The translations under genes were made by a program, and so were the position numbers. Below are positions 20,658 through 29,835 of a DNA stretch of 42,234 bases, piece by piece. The notes under the pieces are model-generated. The model was not told the DNA's origin and ran no database searches. It saw only the letters and a list, made by a program, of their open reading frames with translations. The first letter of the stretch is position 1. Every line of letters starts with the position of its first letter. The DNA is from Microcoleaceae cyanobacterium (lineage in GTDB: Bacteria > Cyanobacteriota > Cyanobacteriia > Cyanobacteriales > Microcoleaceae), in contig JBOFUV010000048.1 in assembly GCA_051652765.1 (NCBI GenBank), forward strand, positions 1 to 42,234, written 5' to 3'.

Positions 20658-21964
20658 CGTTCCATCGCCTCAACACTTTTGGGGACTCCCGCCGTTAAAA
20701 CGTCATACCCTTCCGAAGTTACGAGGACATCATCTTCGATGCGGACTCCGATGCCACGCCAGCGTTGATCCACTTCTGGCTGTCCTTCAACGGGCTTGAT
20801 TTCAGGGGAAATATAAATCCCTGGTTCTACGGTTAAGACTTGACCCGGTTGTAACGGTTGGGGGTTTTCGCCCCATTGATACACACCCACATCATGGACA
20901 TCTAGCCCGAGCCAATGTCCGGTTCGATGCATGTAAAAGGGCTTGTATTTTTCTTCTTTGATGATTTCTTCAATATCCCCAGTCAGTAACCCTAACGCCA
21001 TCAGCCCTTCGACTAAAACCCGCACCGCAGTTTTATGAACCTGTTGATAGGGATTGCCCGGTTTGACCTGTTCAATCGCAGCAAGTTGAGCCTTTAATAC
21101 TAGTTCATAGATAATTTTTTGTTCGAGGGTAAACTGACCATCCACGGGAAAAGTTCGGGTAATATCTGCGTTGTAATACTGATAGGAACATCCGGCATCA
21201 ATTAACAGCAAATTTCCCGACTGTATTTGGCAATTGTTCTCGATGTAGTGCAAAATACAAGCGTTGGCTCCTGAAGCAATAATCGACGGATAGGCTGGAG
21301 TTCCGCCTTGGGAGTGGAAGATGTATTCTATTTCCGCTTGAATTTCATATTCATACCGTCCCGGCTGAGTAAATTGCCAAGCGTGATTATGGGCCTGAAC
21401 TGAAATCGCTGCAGCTCGTTTCATCAGGGCCAATTCAGCTTCACTCTTGACCAATCGCAAGGGATGAAGAATTGTCCCCACATCCTGAATGGCAATAGGG
21501 CCAGTACCGTGTTTGGGATAGACTCGGATCAGTTGCTGCCAGTGTTGAATAATCTTGTTATTGAAAGATTGATCTCGACCAAAACGGTAATAAATCCGCT
21601 CAGCTTTTTGTAAGTATTGGGGTAATTTTTCGTCGAGTTCTGCAATCGGATAGACTTCATCTGCCCCATAGATTTCTTTGGCTTTTTCTACCCCAACTCG
21701 ATAGCCTGACCAGGTTTCGTGTTCTAAATCTTTTGGCTGCACAAACAGGACAAATTTGTGTTCTTCATGATGGGGTGAGAACACGGCAACAGCATTAGTT
21801 TCATTAAACCCAGTTAAGTAAAAGAAATCACTATCCTGGCGAAAGGCATATTCTACGTCGTTGTGCATCACTGCCATAGGTGCACTTCTAAAAACCGCCG
21901 TGCCTGAACCGACCTTGTCCATTAACTGCTGACGGCGCTGTTGATATTCTGCAAACGTTGTCAT
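20654..21964 (-). CDS. pepP: Xaa-Pro aminopeptidase P
   Basis: FRQDSDFFYLTG, LHY, IDAG, DITRT, GHWLGLDVHD, TVEPG, RIEDD. Confidence 0.95.
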   Translation of the reverse strand: MTTFAEYQQRRQQLMDKVGSGTAVFRSAPMAVMHNDVEYAFRQDSDFFYLTGFNETNAVAVFSPHHEEHKFVLFVQPKDLEHETWSGYRVGVEKAKEIYGADEVYPIAELDEKLPQYLQKAERIYYRFGRDQSFNNKIIQHWQQLIRVYPKHGTGPIAIQDVGTILHPLRLVKSEAELALMKRAAAISVQAHNHAWQFTQPGRYEYEIQAEIEYIFHSQGGTPAYPSIIASGANACILHYIENNCQIQSGNLLLIDAGCSYQYYNADITRTFPVDGQFTLEQKIIYELVLKAQLAAIEQVKPGNPYQQVHKTAVRVLVEGLMALGLLTGDIEEIIKEEKYKPFYMHRTGHWLGLDVHDVGVYQWGENPQPLQPGQVLTVEPGIYISPEIKPVEGQPEVDQRWRGIGVRIEDDVLVTSEGYDVLTAGVPKSVEAMER

Positions 21965-22037
21965 TGAATCTGGCTAATTTTTAGTGTAGTACGTAGAAAT
22001 TCTATAAAGTTTCTATAGAGTTTCTATAAAAACATTA

Positions 22038-22060
22038 AGGGTACGACACCGCCGTACCCT
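22038..22060 (-). terminator. Terminator hairpin after ftsH
   Basis: AGGGTACG-N7-CGTACCCT followed by TAATGTTTTT on the minus strand. Confidence 0.6.
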
Positions 22061-22087
22061 CAACAAACTTAAGGTTCAAACGTCAAC

Positions 22088-23974
22088 CTATAGAACTGGA
22101 GCAAATCGCTCTTTTTCAGGAACTTCTGTGTATTCTGAAACAATTTGACGGAACTCTTCTCCATCTATGGTTTCTTTCTCAATTAACAAGTCAACCAAAC
22201 GGTCAACAACAACTCGGTTCTCCCGCACAATCTGGCAAGCTTTTTGGTGGCAGTGTTCAGCGATCGCCCGGATTTGGCTATCAATCCGAGAGGCAATTTC
22301 ATTGGAATACTCTGTGCGGGTCGCAAAGTCCCGGCCTAGAAAAACTTCACCCTGGGGAGACTCCAAAGACACAGGCCCCAAGTCGGACATCCCATAGCGA
22401 GTCACCATCTGCCGAGTCATCGTCGCTACCTGTTGCAAGTCTCCCCCGGCCCCAGTGGTTACTTCTGAATCCCCAAACACAACCTCCTCAGCCGCTCGTC
22501 CTCCCATGGCCCCAGTAATTCTGGCCAGGATTTGGGATCTGGAGATCAGGCCCTGATCTTCGTCGGGGATGAACCAAGTTAATCCTTTTGCCTGTCCCCG
22601 AGGGATCAAAGTCACTTTCTGGACAGGATCGTGATCCTTGAGCAAGGTTCCCACAATTGCATGGCCAATTTCATGATAGGCAATCAACCGCTTGCTTTTT
22701 CCATCTAACAAGGGGGTTCCTTCCATGCCTGCAACAACCCGATCCACCGCATCATCAATTTCCAACATCGTCACTGCATCCTTGCGACGGCGAGCGGTCA
22801 AAATCGCGGCTTCATTCAGCAAGTTAGCCAAGTCTGCCCCAGTGAAACCCGGAGTTCGACGGGCGATCGCCTCCAGAGACACCTCTTCAGCCAGCTTTTT
22901 GTTGCGGGCGTGGACTTCTAGGACGGCCAAACGCCCCTTAACATCTGGCGCATCAACGGTGATCTGCCGATCAAATCGCCCTGGTCGCAATAGGGCCGAG
23001 TCGAGGACATCAGGGCGGTTTGTGGCCGCAATGATAATAATTCCAGCATTCCCCTCAAACCCATCCATTTCTGTTAGCAACTGGTTGAGGGTTTGTTCCC
23101 GTTCGTCATTGCCACCGCCAATTCCGGCTCCTCGCTGACGACCGACTGCGTCGATTTCATCAATGAAAATAATGCAAGGGGCTGTTTCTTTGGCTTTTTT
23201 AAACAAATCCCGGACGCGAGATGCCCCAACACCCACAAACATTTCGACAAACTCAGAACCGGAAATACTGAAAAAAGGTACGCCAGCTTCTCCGGCGATC
23301 GCCTTGGCCAATAAGGTCTTTCCAGTTCCAGGAGGGCCAACAAGCAGGACTCCCTTCGGAATGCGAGCACCAACTGCCGTGAAGCGTTCTGGCTTTTTCA
23401 GAAACGTTACAACTTCCTCTAGCTCTTCCTTGGCTTCTTCCACCCCAGCAACATCATCGAACAAAACACCCGTCTTCGCTTCCATGGAAAACCGAGCCTT
23501 GGACTTGCCAAAGCTCATTGCCTGACCTGGCCCACCAGGAACGTTATTGGAGCGACGGAAGAGGAAGAATAATCCCGCAATTAGCAAGATCGGAAAGACT
23601 AGATTTCCCAAAAGTCCCCAAATTGCTCCGTCGTTTCGGGAAGGATGGGTATCAAAGCCAATATCAGAATTTCTCAGAAGGGCAATCAATTCTGGGGCAT
23701 TGTTCGGTAAATCAACTCGCAGTCGCTGAACTTGGTCGGCCAACTGGGGATCAGTTGCCTCGACAATTGCAGTTCGACCGCCATCATAAAGGTCAACATT
23801 CGTCACCCGACCTGCATTGAGGTAGTCTAAAAAGCGACCATAGCTCATACGGGTACTTGCCGTATTCCCTCCTAACTCAGCCGTTGCTGGGGCAAAAGCC
23901 CCCTGCCAAACAAAAAAGCTAATGACCAGTGCGGGTAACGTCCAAAGTAAAACAGTTTTCCAAGAAATTTTCAT
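22088..23974 (-). CDS. ftsH2: ATP-dependent zinc metalloprotease FtsH2
   Basis: MKISWK..LLW N-terminus, [27 protein letters not shown]; start placed at ATG 23974. Confidence 0.93.
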   Translation of the reverse strand: MKISWKTVLLWTLPALVISFFVWQGAFAPATAELGGNTASTRMSYGRFLDYLNAGRVTNVDLYDGGRTAIVEATDPQLADQVQRLRVDLPNNAPELIALLRNSDIGFDTHPSRNDGAIWGLLGNLVFPILLIAGLFFLFRRSNNVPGGPGQAMSFGKSKARFSMEAKTGVLFDDVAGVEEAKEELEEVVTFLKKPERFTAVGARIPKGVLLVGPPGTGKTLLAKAIAGEAGVPFFSISGSEFVEMFVGVGASRVRDLFKKAKETAPCIIFIDEIDAVGRQRGAGIGGGNDEREQTLNQLLTEMDGFEGNAGIIIIAATNRPDVLDSALLRPGRFDRQITVDAPDVKGRLAVLEVHARNKKLAEEVSLEAIARRTPGFTGADLANLLNEAAILTARRRKDAVTMLEIDDAVDRVVAGMEGTPLLDGKSKRLIAYHEIGHAIVGTLLKDHDPVQKVTLIPRGQAKGLTWFIPDEDQGLISRSQILARITGAMGGRAAEEVVFGDSEVTTGAGGDLQQVATMTRQMVTRYGMSDLGPVSLESPQGEVFLGRDFATRTEYSNEIASRIDSQIRAIAEHCHQKACQIVRENRVVVDRLVDLLIEKETIDGEEFRQIVSEYTEVPEKERFAPVL

Positions 23975-24067
23975 AAAGTGCTTGTTGCCTCTGTGCCAGT
24001 GAACCGATGTATGGAAGAAATTGAAAAACAACGTGATTGATCTGTGATCGTCAAGGTTTCTTTCATA

Positions 24068-24085
24068 ATTTTAACTAAATTTAAC
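24068..24085 (-). promoter_or_regulatory. HLR1-like (RpaB) direct repeat upstream of ftsH2
   Basis: Minus strand GTTAAATT-TA-GTTAAAAT versus consensus (G/T)TTACA(T/A)(T/A)-N2 repeat. Confidence 0.5.
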
Positions 24086-24248
24086 GTAGTTACTCCCTCT
24101 GAAGCAACTCCCTCTCCCAAAGACGTGATAAAGTGTCGTTTCTAGCAACGATGTATCATAGAATAATTCTGAATTAAGCAACAGGATTAGCTAGCAGGTA
24201 CTGTTGAGATTGAGGAAGTTCGGCTGAAGTGACTAGAGGAAGCTTGAT

Positions 24249-24264
24249 ACTAAGTTAACTTAGT
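24249..24264. promoter_or_regulatory. Perfect 16-bp palindrome between ftsH2 and the parM-like gene
   Basis: ACTAAGTT|AACTTAGT; function unknown. Confidence 0.35.
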
Positions 24265-24499
24265 TAGTTTGGTATTGAAGAACGCTTAAGTAGGGTGAGG
24301 CTTAAAGCGGTATGCTGGAATAGTATCGAACTTGAGTAAGGCTGAACTACCTGATCAATCAAGTCTTGAGCGGCTTTGTTGATCAGTGTGGACTTTAATC
24401 ACTCATCTGACAGTTTGAAGTCTCTATCAATGTTGTGGGTATAAGATGCTAGAGATCAGGCATCATAAGTTATGAGTTTACGTGAGGTAACAAGTTCTA

Positions 24500-25618
24500 A
24501 TGCAACAGATTAATCAGCAGCCGGGACAGCCAATGCAACAGCCCGCCATCAGTCCTAATGCAGTTACAAACCGACAGACCGTTACCCCTGGAAGACGTAC
24601 GATTTTAAGTGTTGATTTGGGACGAACTTCAACAAAATCCTGTGTCAGTCGTAATCCCAGTGAAGTTGTTTTTATTCCTGCGAACGTCGCTCAACTGACC
24701 GTAGAAAAAGCGCGGGGGGGCGGGTTTGAGTCTAAAAATACAGACCCTCTGTTAGACCTCTGGTTGGAGTACCGAGGCAATGGCTATGCAGTAGGTCAAC
24801 TTGCTGCTGACTTTGGTGCCAACTTATTTGGAGGAGAATCTTCAGATAATCCGTCTAAAGTTGATAATGCCCTGATTAAAATTTTCGCCTGTGCTGGTTA
24901 CTTCAAGCTCAGAGGCGATGTAGATGTAGTTCTGGGCTTGCCATTCTATTCCCAAGAAGAGTTTGAACGGGAGAAGGAACAGATTATCAGCTTGCTCGCT
25001 GGCCCTCATGTGCTGATGTTCAGAGGAGAGCAAATTACGATTGATATCAAAAATGTACGGGTGATGCCAGAGGGATACGGCAGTCTGATCTGGTGCGAAG
25101 CCCAGGGCAACAAAGAAATGTCTAACTTTGCTGACCTGTCAGTTGCAATTGTTGATGTAGGCCATCAAACGACAGATTTCTTGACCGTTGATCGGTTCCG
25201 GTTTGCTCGTGGGGCTTCCCAAAGTGAAGTGTTCGCGATGAATAAATTTTATGAAGAAGTGGCGAGCAAAATTGAGGGCGCAGACAGTCAATCGCTTTAT
25301 CTGTTAGAAGCGGTTCACCGACCTGTGGGTCAGCGGTTTTATCGCCCCAAAGGTTCGACGAAGCCTGTTAATCTTGACGAAATTGTACCCGAGTTGCGCC
25401 GGAAATTTGCTCAAGAACTCTCAGCCCGCTTGGTGCAATGGCTGCCAGAACGAGCCACGGATGTCGTGGTCACTGGCGGTGGGGGTGAATTTTTCTGGGA
25501 AGATCTGCAACCCCTGCTGAAGCAAGCTCAACTCCGGGCTCACTTGGCTCAACCCGCCCGCACTGCCAATGCTCTAGGGCAGTATGTTTACGGAGAAGCT
25601 CAATTAGCAAAGCGTTAG
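24500..25618 (+). CDS. ParM/StbA-family actin-like ATPase (chromosomal, CorM-like)
   Basis: Actin-fold motifs SVDLGRTSTK, VMPEGYG, IVDVGHQTTD, VVTGGGG, ANALG. Confidence 0.9.
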   Translation: MQQINQQPGQPMQQPAISPNAVTNRQTVTPGRRTILSVDLGRTSTKSCVSRNPSEVVFIPANVAQLTVEKARGGGFESKNTDPLLDLWLEYRGNGYAVGQLAADFGANLFGGESSDNPSKVDNALIKIFACAGYFKLRGDVDVVLGLPFYSQEEFEREKEQIISLLAGPHVLMFRGEQITIDIKNVRVMPEGYGSLIWCEAQGNKEMSNFADLSVAIVDVGHQTTDFLTVDRFRFARGASQSEVFAMNKFYEEVASKIEGADSQSLYLLEAVHRPVGQRFYRPKGSTKPVNLDEIVPELRRKFAQELSARLVQWLPERATDVVVTGGGGEFFWEDLQPLLKQAQLRAHLAQPARTANALGQYVYGEAQLAKR

Positions 25619-25629
25619 ACCGTTAATTC

Positions 25630-25672
25630 TAACCCGTGACAGTTGCGGATGACTTTGCCTGATCACGGGTTA
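25630..25672. other. Intergenic stem-loop between the parM-like and parR-like genes
   Basis: TAACCCGTGA...TCACGGGTTA 10-bp stem without a U-tract. Confidence 0.5.
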
Positions 25673-25769
25673 TTGGGTTAATCGCTGATATTGGGCAATT
25701 CTGGGGTAAGCAAAATAGGGTAAGCTAAAGTTTAAATAAAAGTCTAGCTTGACGCACCTAAATACCGCC

Positions 25770-26279
25770 ATGCTTTGGTCGAATAAAAAACTAACTCAGT
25801 CAGTTACCTTCACCGAAGATGCTGCCGACCAAACGTTGATTGAGGCAATTGAAAAAGAGCTTGCCGTTACCAAGTATCAAACGTTTAGTAACCTTTGTAA
25901 GCAGGCACTCTGGCAGTTCCTAAATATTTCAGAGGGAGTCTCCTCCCCGCCTGTTCCTCGTCATAGCGATGGCTTAGAGGGGCAAATTTATCAGTTGCAA
26001 CAGCAGCTTGTGCAGTTAGAGCAGAAAGTCTTGGCCGAAGAGTTGAACCGTTTCAATCAACTTCAACAACAGTTGATGCAGCTCACGCAACAAATCAATC
26101 AACTGCAAAGTACCGCCAGTCACCGACCAATTGTGCCAATTGTTCAGGCTGCTCAATCTCAACCCCCAGCCAAACAGTCAACTTTAGAAACTGCTCAGAG
26201 AAAAAGCGATCTTACTGCTAATATTGAGCATTCCGACCCAGTTCTTGCGCGTTTAAGTGCCTTGGTAGACGATTTTTAG
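25770..26279 (+). CDS. ParR-like adaptor (RHH-like N-terminus, coiled coil, C-terminal helix; CorR-like)
   Basis: MLWSNKK-SVTF..LIEAIEKEL..FSNLCKQALWQFL; Q-rich heptads; DPVLARLSALVDDF tail; follows the parM-like gene. Confidence 0.75.
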   Translation: MLWSNKKLTQSVTFTEDAADQTLIEAIEKELAVTKYQTFSNLCKQALWQFLNISEGVSSPPVPRHSDGLEGQIYQLQQQLVQLEQKVLAEELNRFNQLQQQLMQLTQQINQLQSTASHRPIVPIVQAAQSQPPAKQSTLETAQRKSDLTANIEHSDPVLARLSALVDDF

Positions 26280-26384
26280 ACTTTGATGGCCAAATTAAAT
26301 GATTTCTTTCGGATTGCCTGAATGGATGAAGTTCAGCGATCAGTCAATGCCCTCCGTTAACTAACCATTACAGGAGGTTGAATA

Positions 26385-26651
26385 ATGACTAGCTCTGAAG
26401 GGATTGAGCAACGGTTTAGGCAGATAGATCAGGAGTTGAGCCAGTTGAGGCAAGGGCAATCAAATTTGACGGTTCAACTAGAGAGACTGACTCTGATCTC
26501 AGTGAACCTGGTTGAAATGTCACGGGTTCAACAAGAGGAATTGAGGATATTGAGACTACAGGCAGACCAAGACCGGGTGACATGGCAAACTGAAATTAGG
26601 CAAATATGGGAATATCTACAGAGAGACCGTCCCTACGGCAGTTCAGGCTGA
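26385..26651 (+). CDS. Hypothetical coiled-coil protein
   Basis: 88 aa; AGGAGG RBS; heptad pattern ending EIRQIWEYL. Confidence 0.7.
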   Translation: MTSSEGIEQRFRQIDQELSQLRQGQSNLTVQLERLTLISVNLVEMSRVQQEELRILRLQADQDRVTWQTEIRQIWEYLQRDRPYGSSG

Positions 26652-26818
26652 GTTTAGAATCATTCCAATTGTAACCCCCCAAACGTTAAAGCTTGGGGTT
26701 TTGTTTTGAGAATTTACCCCAAATCCCAGAGCAATTCCGAAGCTAGAACTCCCTTTTTCTGCATCCAAAATGCATCCAAAACACACCCATCTTCTATTCA
26801 AGAACCCCTTATTCTCTA

Positions 26819-26890
26819 AGCCGATGGTGAGGATTGAACTCACGACCCTCCGATTACGAATCGAATGCTCTCCCACTGAGCTACATCGGC
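26819..26890 (-). tRNA. trnT: tRNA-Thr(CGT)
   Basis: GCCGATG/CATCGGC acceptor stem, TTCGA-TT-CGT-AA-TCGGA anticodon arm, GTGAG-TTCAATC-CTCAC T arm; CCA not encoded. Confidence 0.95.
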
Positions 26891-26932
26891 ATAAATTATA
26901 ATCTTAGCAGATGGGACTTTAAGTTGCCGATC

Positions 26933-27850
26933 TCAAAGACGATGTTGACGGTAAACTTGTGCAGATGCTCGGTGCAGCAACGAGTGACGATGAGCAAGGG
27001 CATCCAAGTCATCGCAGTAGCCGCCGCCAATAATTCCGGCAACAGGGTATCCTTGGCCAATACAGGTATTTAATACTTGCATCTCCCGTCGCCACAATCC
27101 AGTGTCAGTTAAGGCCAACTTACCTAGGCGATCGCCCACATGGGGATCAACCCCGGCATCGTAAAGGATCAGATCAGGCTTTACTCCTGAGAGCACATCG
27201 GGCAAGTAGTGATCCAGGGTTTGTAAGTACTCGTCATCTTCTATCCCAACGGGTAAAGGGACATCCAGGTCACTCTGTTGTTTACGAGCTGGGAAATTCG
27301 CCTCGCAGTGCATGGAAAAAGTGAAGACGCTGGGATCAGTTTGAAAAATTAACGCAGTAGCATCTCCTTGATGAACATCTAAGTCTAGAATCAGAATTTT
27401 TTCTGCCAGTCCTAACTGTTGCATCACCCGAGCAGCGATCGCTAAGTCATTAAAAATGCAAAACCCCGACCCAAAATCAGGAAAAGCATGGTGAGTTCCC
27501 CCGGCAGTATTACAAGCTAGCCCATGGGCTAAGGCTAATCTGGCAGTCAATATAGCTCCCCCCACGGCAATGCAGGTTCGATTTGCTAAGGCGAGACTCC
27601 AAGGCAAGCCAATCCGCCGCTGAGCTTTCGCATCCAAGATTCCTGCACAGTAATCCTGCACATAGTTGGGGTTGTGTACTAACTCAATCCATTCTCTAGG
27701 AGGAAGTTCTGGAGTGTGAACCTGCGATCGCTCTACAACACCATCCCGAATCAAAAGATTACACAGTAACTCGAATTTCTGCATGGGAAAACGGTGTCCC
27801 GCAGGTAAGGGAGTAACGTAATCTGGATGGTAAACAATCGGTAGATTCAT
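26933..27850 (-). CDS. Histone deacetylase family (Zn-dependent deacylase)
   Basis: HRFPM.KF, GGTHHA, GFCIFND, DLDVHQGD, YDAGVD, GGGY. Confidence 0.93.
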   Translation of the reverse strand: MNLPIVYHPDYVTPLPAGHRFPMQKFELLCNLLIRDGVVERSQVHTPELPPREWIELVHNPNYVQDYCAGILDAKAQRRIGLPWSLALANRTCIAVGGAILTARLALAHGLACNTAGGTHHAFPDFGSGFCIFNDLAIAARVMQQLGLAEKILILDLDVHQGDATALIFQTDPSVFTFSMHCEANFPARKQQSDLDVPLPVGIEDDEYLQTLDHYLPDVLSGVKPDLILYDAGVDPHVGDRLGKLALTDTGLWRREMQVLNTCIGQGYPVAGIIGGGYCDDLDALAHRHSLLHRASAQVYRQHRL

Positions 27851-27971
27851 ATAGCAATCCTAAATTCAGTTACAGAATTAGTAAAAAAACTAAAGAGAGC
27901 TTTGGGACAAGATTTCCAAGAAGGGGCAACACCCTCTCAGCCCATTTCACAAATTGTTTAGGATTACTATA
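27850..27971. mobile_element. MITE with TATAGCAATCCTAAA terminal inverted repeats (TA ends)
   Basis: TATAGCAATCCTAAA (27850-27864) / TTTAGGATTACTATA (27957-27971), 14/15 match; no coding capacity. Confidence 0.8.
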
Positions 27972-28055
27972 GATTGAAGAAATAACAGAAAAGAAGGGTG
28001 AAAATCACGGTAAATTGGGAATTAGCAGTTATACCCTTAAGCCTTGGGAGCAGTC

Positions 28056-28559
28056 ATGGACGTCACAACAATTTGGCAATCTGGCAGCAACAATCCAAAT
28101 AACGGAAACAATCTAGAAACGATTCGCCAATGGTGGAAAGCCCTAGGGGGGCAAGAAATTAATTGGCAGCAGCGCGCGATCTCCCAAAGCGGAGATTGCA
28201 GCAATTTGGACTGGGGGCCTATGAAGTTTGATGAAACCTTTCTACTCACCAACTCAGAATTACGCGGAATTACATTGTACTGGTACAAACCGGGAAATGC
28301 ACAAGAACGCAGTATTACCCCCAGTAAGTTAGAACTGAACCAAATGCATCAACAACTCTATATTTTCCCTCAATCTCAGCCGGGAGTTGTGATTCGTATT
28401 GCAGTTCCAAAAGTAAATTATCAGAGCCTAGAACTCAACTGTTCAGAACTTTCCCTGAGCAAGGATGGGATTTTAGTATTAAGAGATGATCAACAATTAC
28501 TAGAGATTAAAGTAATCCTCAGTTCAGAAAAACGAGAGCTACTTCGGAACATAATTTAA
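28056..28559 (+). CDS. Hypothetical protein
   Basis: 167-aa clean ORF with globular composition. Confidence 0.7.
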   Translation: MDVTTIWQSGSNNPNNGNNLETIRQWWKALGGQEINWQQRAISQSGDCSNLDWGPMKFDETFLLTNSELRGITLYWYKPGNAQERSITPSKLELNQMHQQLYIFPQSQPGVVIRIAVPKVNYQSLELNCSELSLSKDGILVLRDDQQLLEIKVILSSEKRELLRNII

Positions 28560-28745
28560 AGCAGCAATTCAAGGCATCAGTTCAAGGCAGTGTTAGTTCA
28601 AATTAGTTCAAAAAGGCATCGCTAAGATACCTTGAGAAAAATTAAAAATTGGGTAAAACATTGGGTAGTCCAACCTCGGACTATCCTAGTTATCATCGCT
28701 CATTGTAAAGTTTGATGCCTGCATCATAGAAACCTGTGTTCGCCC

Positions 28746-28779
28746 AAAAACCTCGCAGCAATATTAGGTGCGAGGTTTT
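28746..28779 (-). terminator. Rho-independent terminator of petM
   Basis: AAAACCTCGCA...TGCGAGGTTTT with T5 tail on the minus strand, 9 bp after the petM stop. Confidence 0.75.
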
Positions 28780-28787
28780 CACCCAGG

Positions 28788-28889
28788 TCACTCTCCACCC
28801 TGAATCTTCAATAGCAGAAACCCACCCCCCAAGCCAACTAAAATCAGAGCAAAGCACAAAAACGCTACCGTAAAAATTTCACCAGCCAT
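28788..28889 (-). CDS. petM: Cytochrome b6f subunit VII
   Basis: Manual translation [33 protein letters not shown] (33 aa). Confidence 0.92.
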   Translation of the reverse strand: MAGEIFTVAFLCFALILVGLGGGFLLLKIQGGE

Positions 28890-29494
28890 AGCCTTTAATA
28901 TCCCTTCACAACAGATGAACTTGATTCTAATCTCTCACTATTGTATCTCTTAACCTGTTCATTCTCACTCCTGGTTGATCTAGACAAATTTTGTAGGTCG
29001 GAGTAAGGTGCAGCACCACTCAACAAACCTTTAACTCACATTCCGTAGGCTGATGAGTCAATCAAATCATGCCTTTGACAAGTTGCACCAAGAAATCTTA
29101 ATCCCTTCAGGTGTTCAGAGGTCAGCTTGAAAGTCAACGGCTAGAGGCACTTCACTACAGCAGATCAGGATGATGGTCTTTGGAGTATCCCCATGGAATG
29201 TAGAAAATACCTAAGTATTTTTATGAGATACCCCTCACTGATGTAAAAACCGCTTTATTCCAATTGTTTAAAAAAGCACACTGTAAAAGTAGTATTACTG
29301 ATAAAACTTAACACTTGTTTAATTGAGCCCAATAGGACAGTTCAATAGGTGGAACAAGACTCAAAAGTTATCCCAAATCCCTCCCCAAAATATGAGGCTG
29401 TAAGACAAATGCAGTGCTTCCAGTCTGGGGTCAATTCTGCTCCAAATTAGAATTTTTTCAAACGGACTTTCCGTAAAATCACTGAGGAGGAAAA

Positions 29495-29734
29495 ATGGTG
29501 AAATTTGTAATTCGCAATCCAATTAGCAAAGAATTTTTTGCTAAAAGAGTAGACACTGGTAATGGCAAGCAGTCAGTTGTTTTTGCAAGTTGGCCAGGTA
29601 ATGCCATGAAGTTCAAAACTGAAGGAGAAGCTAAACAGTTACTCGGTGGACTCCGGCACAGAAACCTCGAAGTCATTGAGATGCGATGCGTAGATAGTGA
29701 TTTTTCTGGATTGTTTACAACTGACTTTTCCTAA
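29495..29734 (+). CDS. Hypothetical small protein
   Basis: 79 aa with strong GAGGAGG RBS. Confidence 0.6.
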   Translation: MVKFVIRNPISKEFFAKRVDTGNGKQSVVFASWPGNAMKFKTEGEAKQLLGGLRHRNLEVIEMRCVDSDFSGLFTTDFS

Positions 29735-29835
29735 CGCCGCAGAAAAAGCTGAAGCAGGATTGACAAATTACTGCACAATAATTGATCAGGGTAACAACCA
29801 TTCAGTAAACCCTCCAGTGAGTTGAAGATAAAATC

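Noticed and set aside
24032..26384. Integrated plasmid with a parC centromere
   Set aside because: No iteron array, rep, relaxase or integrase was found around parMR.
26643..27073. ORFs overlapping the tRNA
   Set aside because: They are translations of the tRNA-Thr sequence and its flanks.
29005..29100. Hammerhead-ribozyme-like segment (CTGATGA, GTCAA/TTGAC stem, GGTGCAGC/GTTGCACC pairing)
   Set aside because: It lacks the GAAA after stem II, a clear stem I and an NUH cleavage site.
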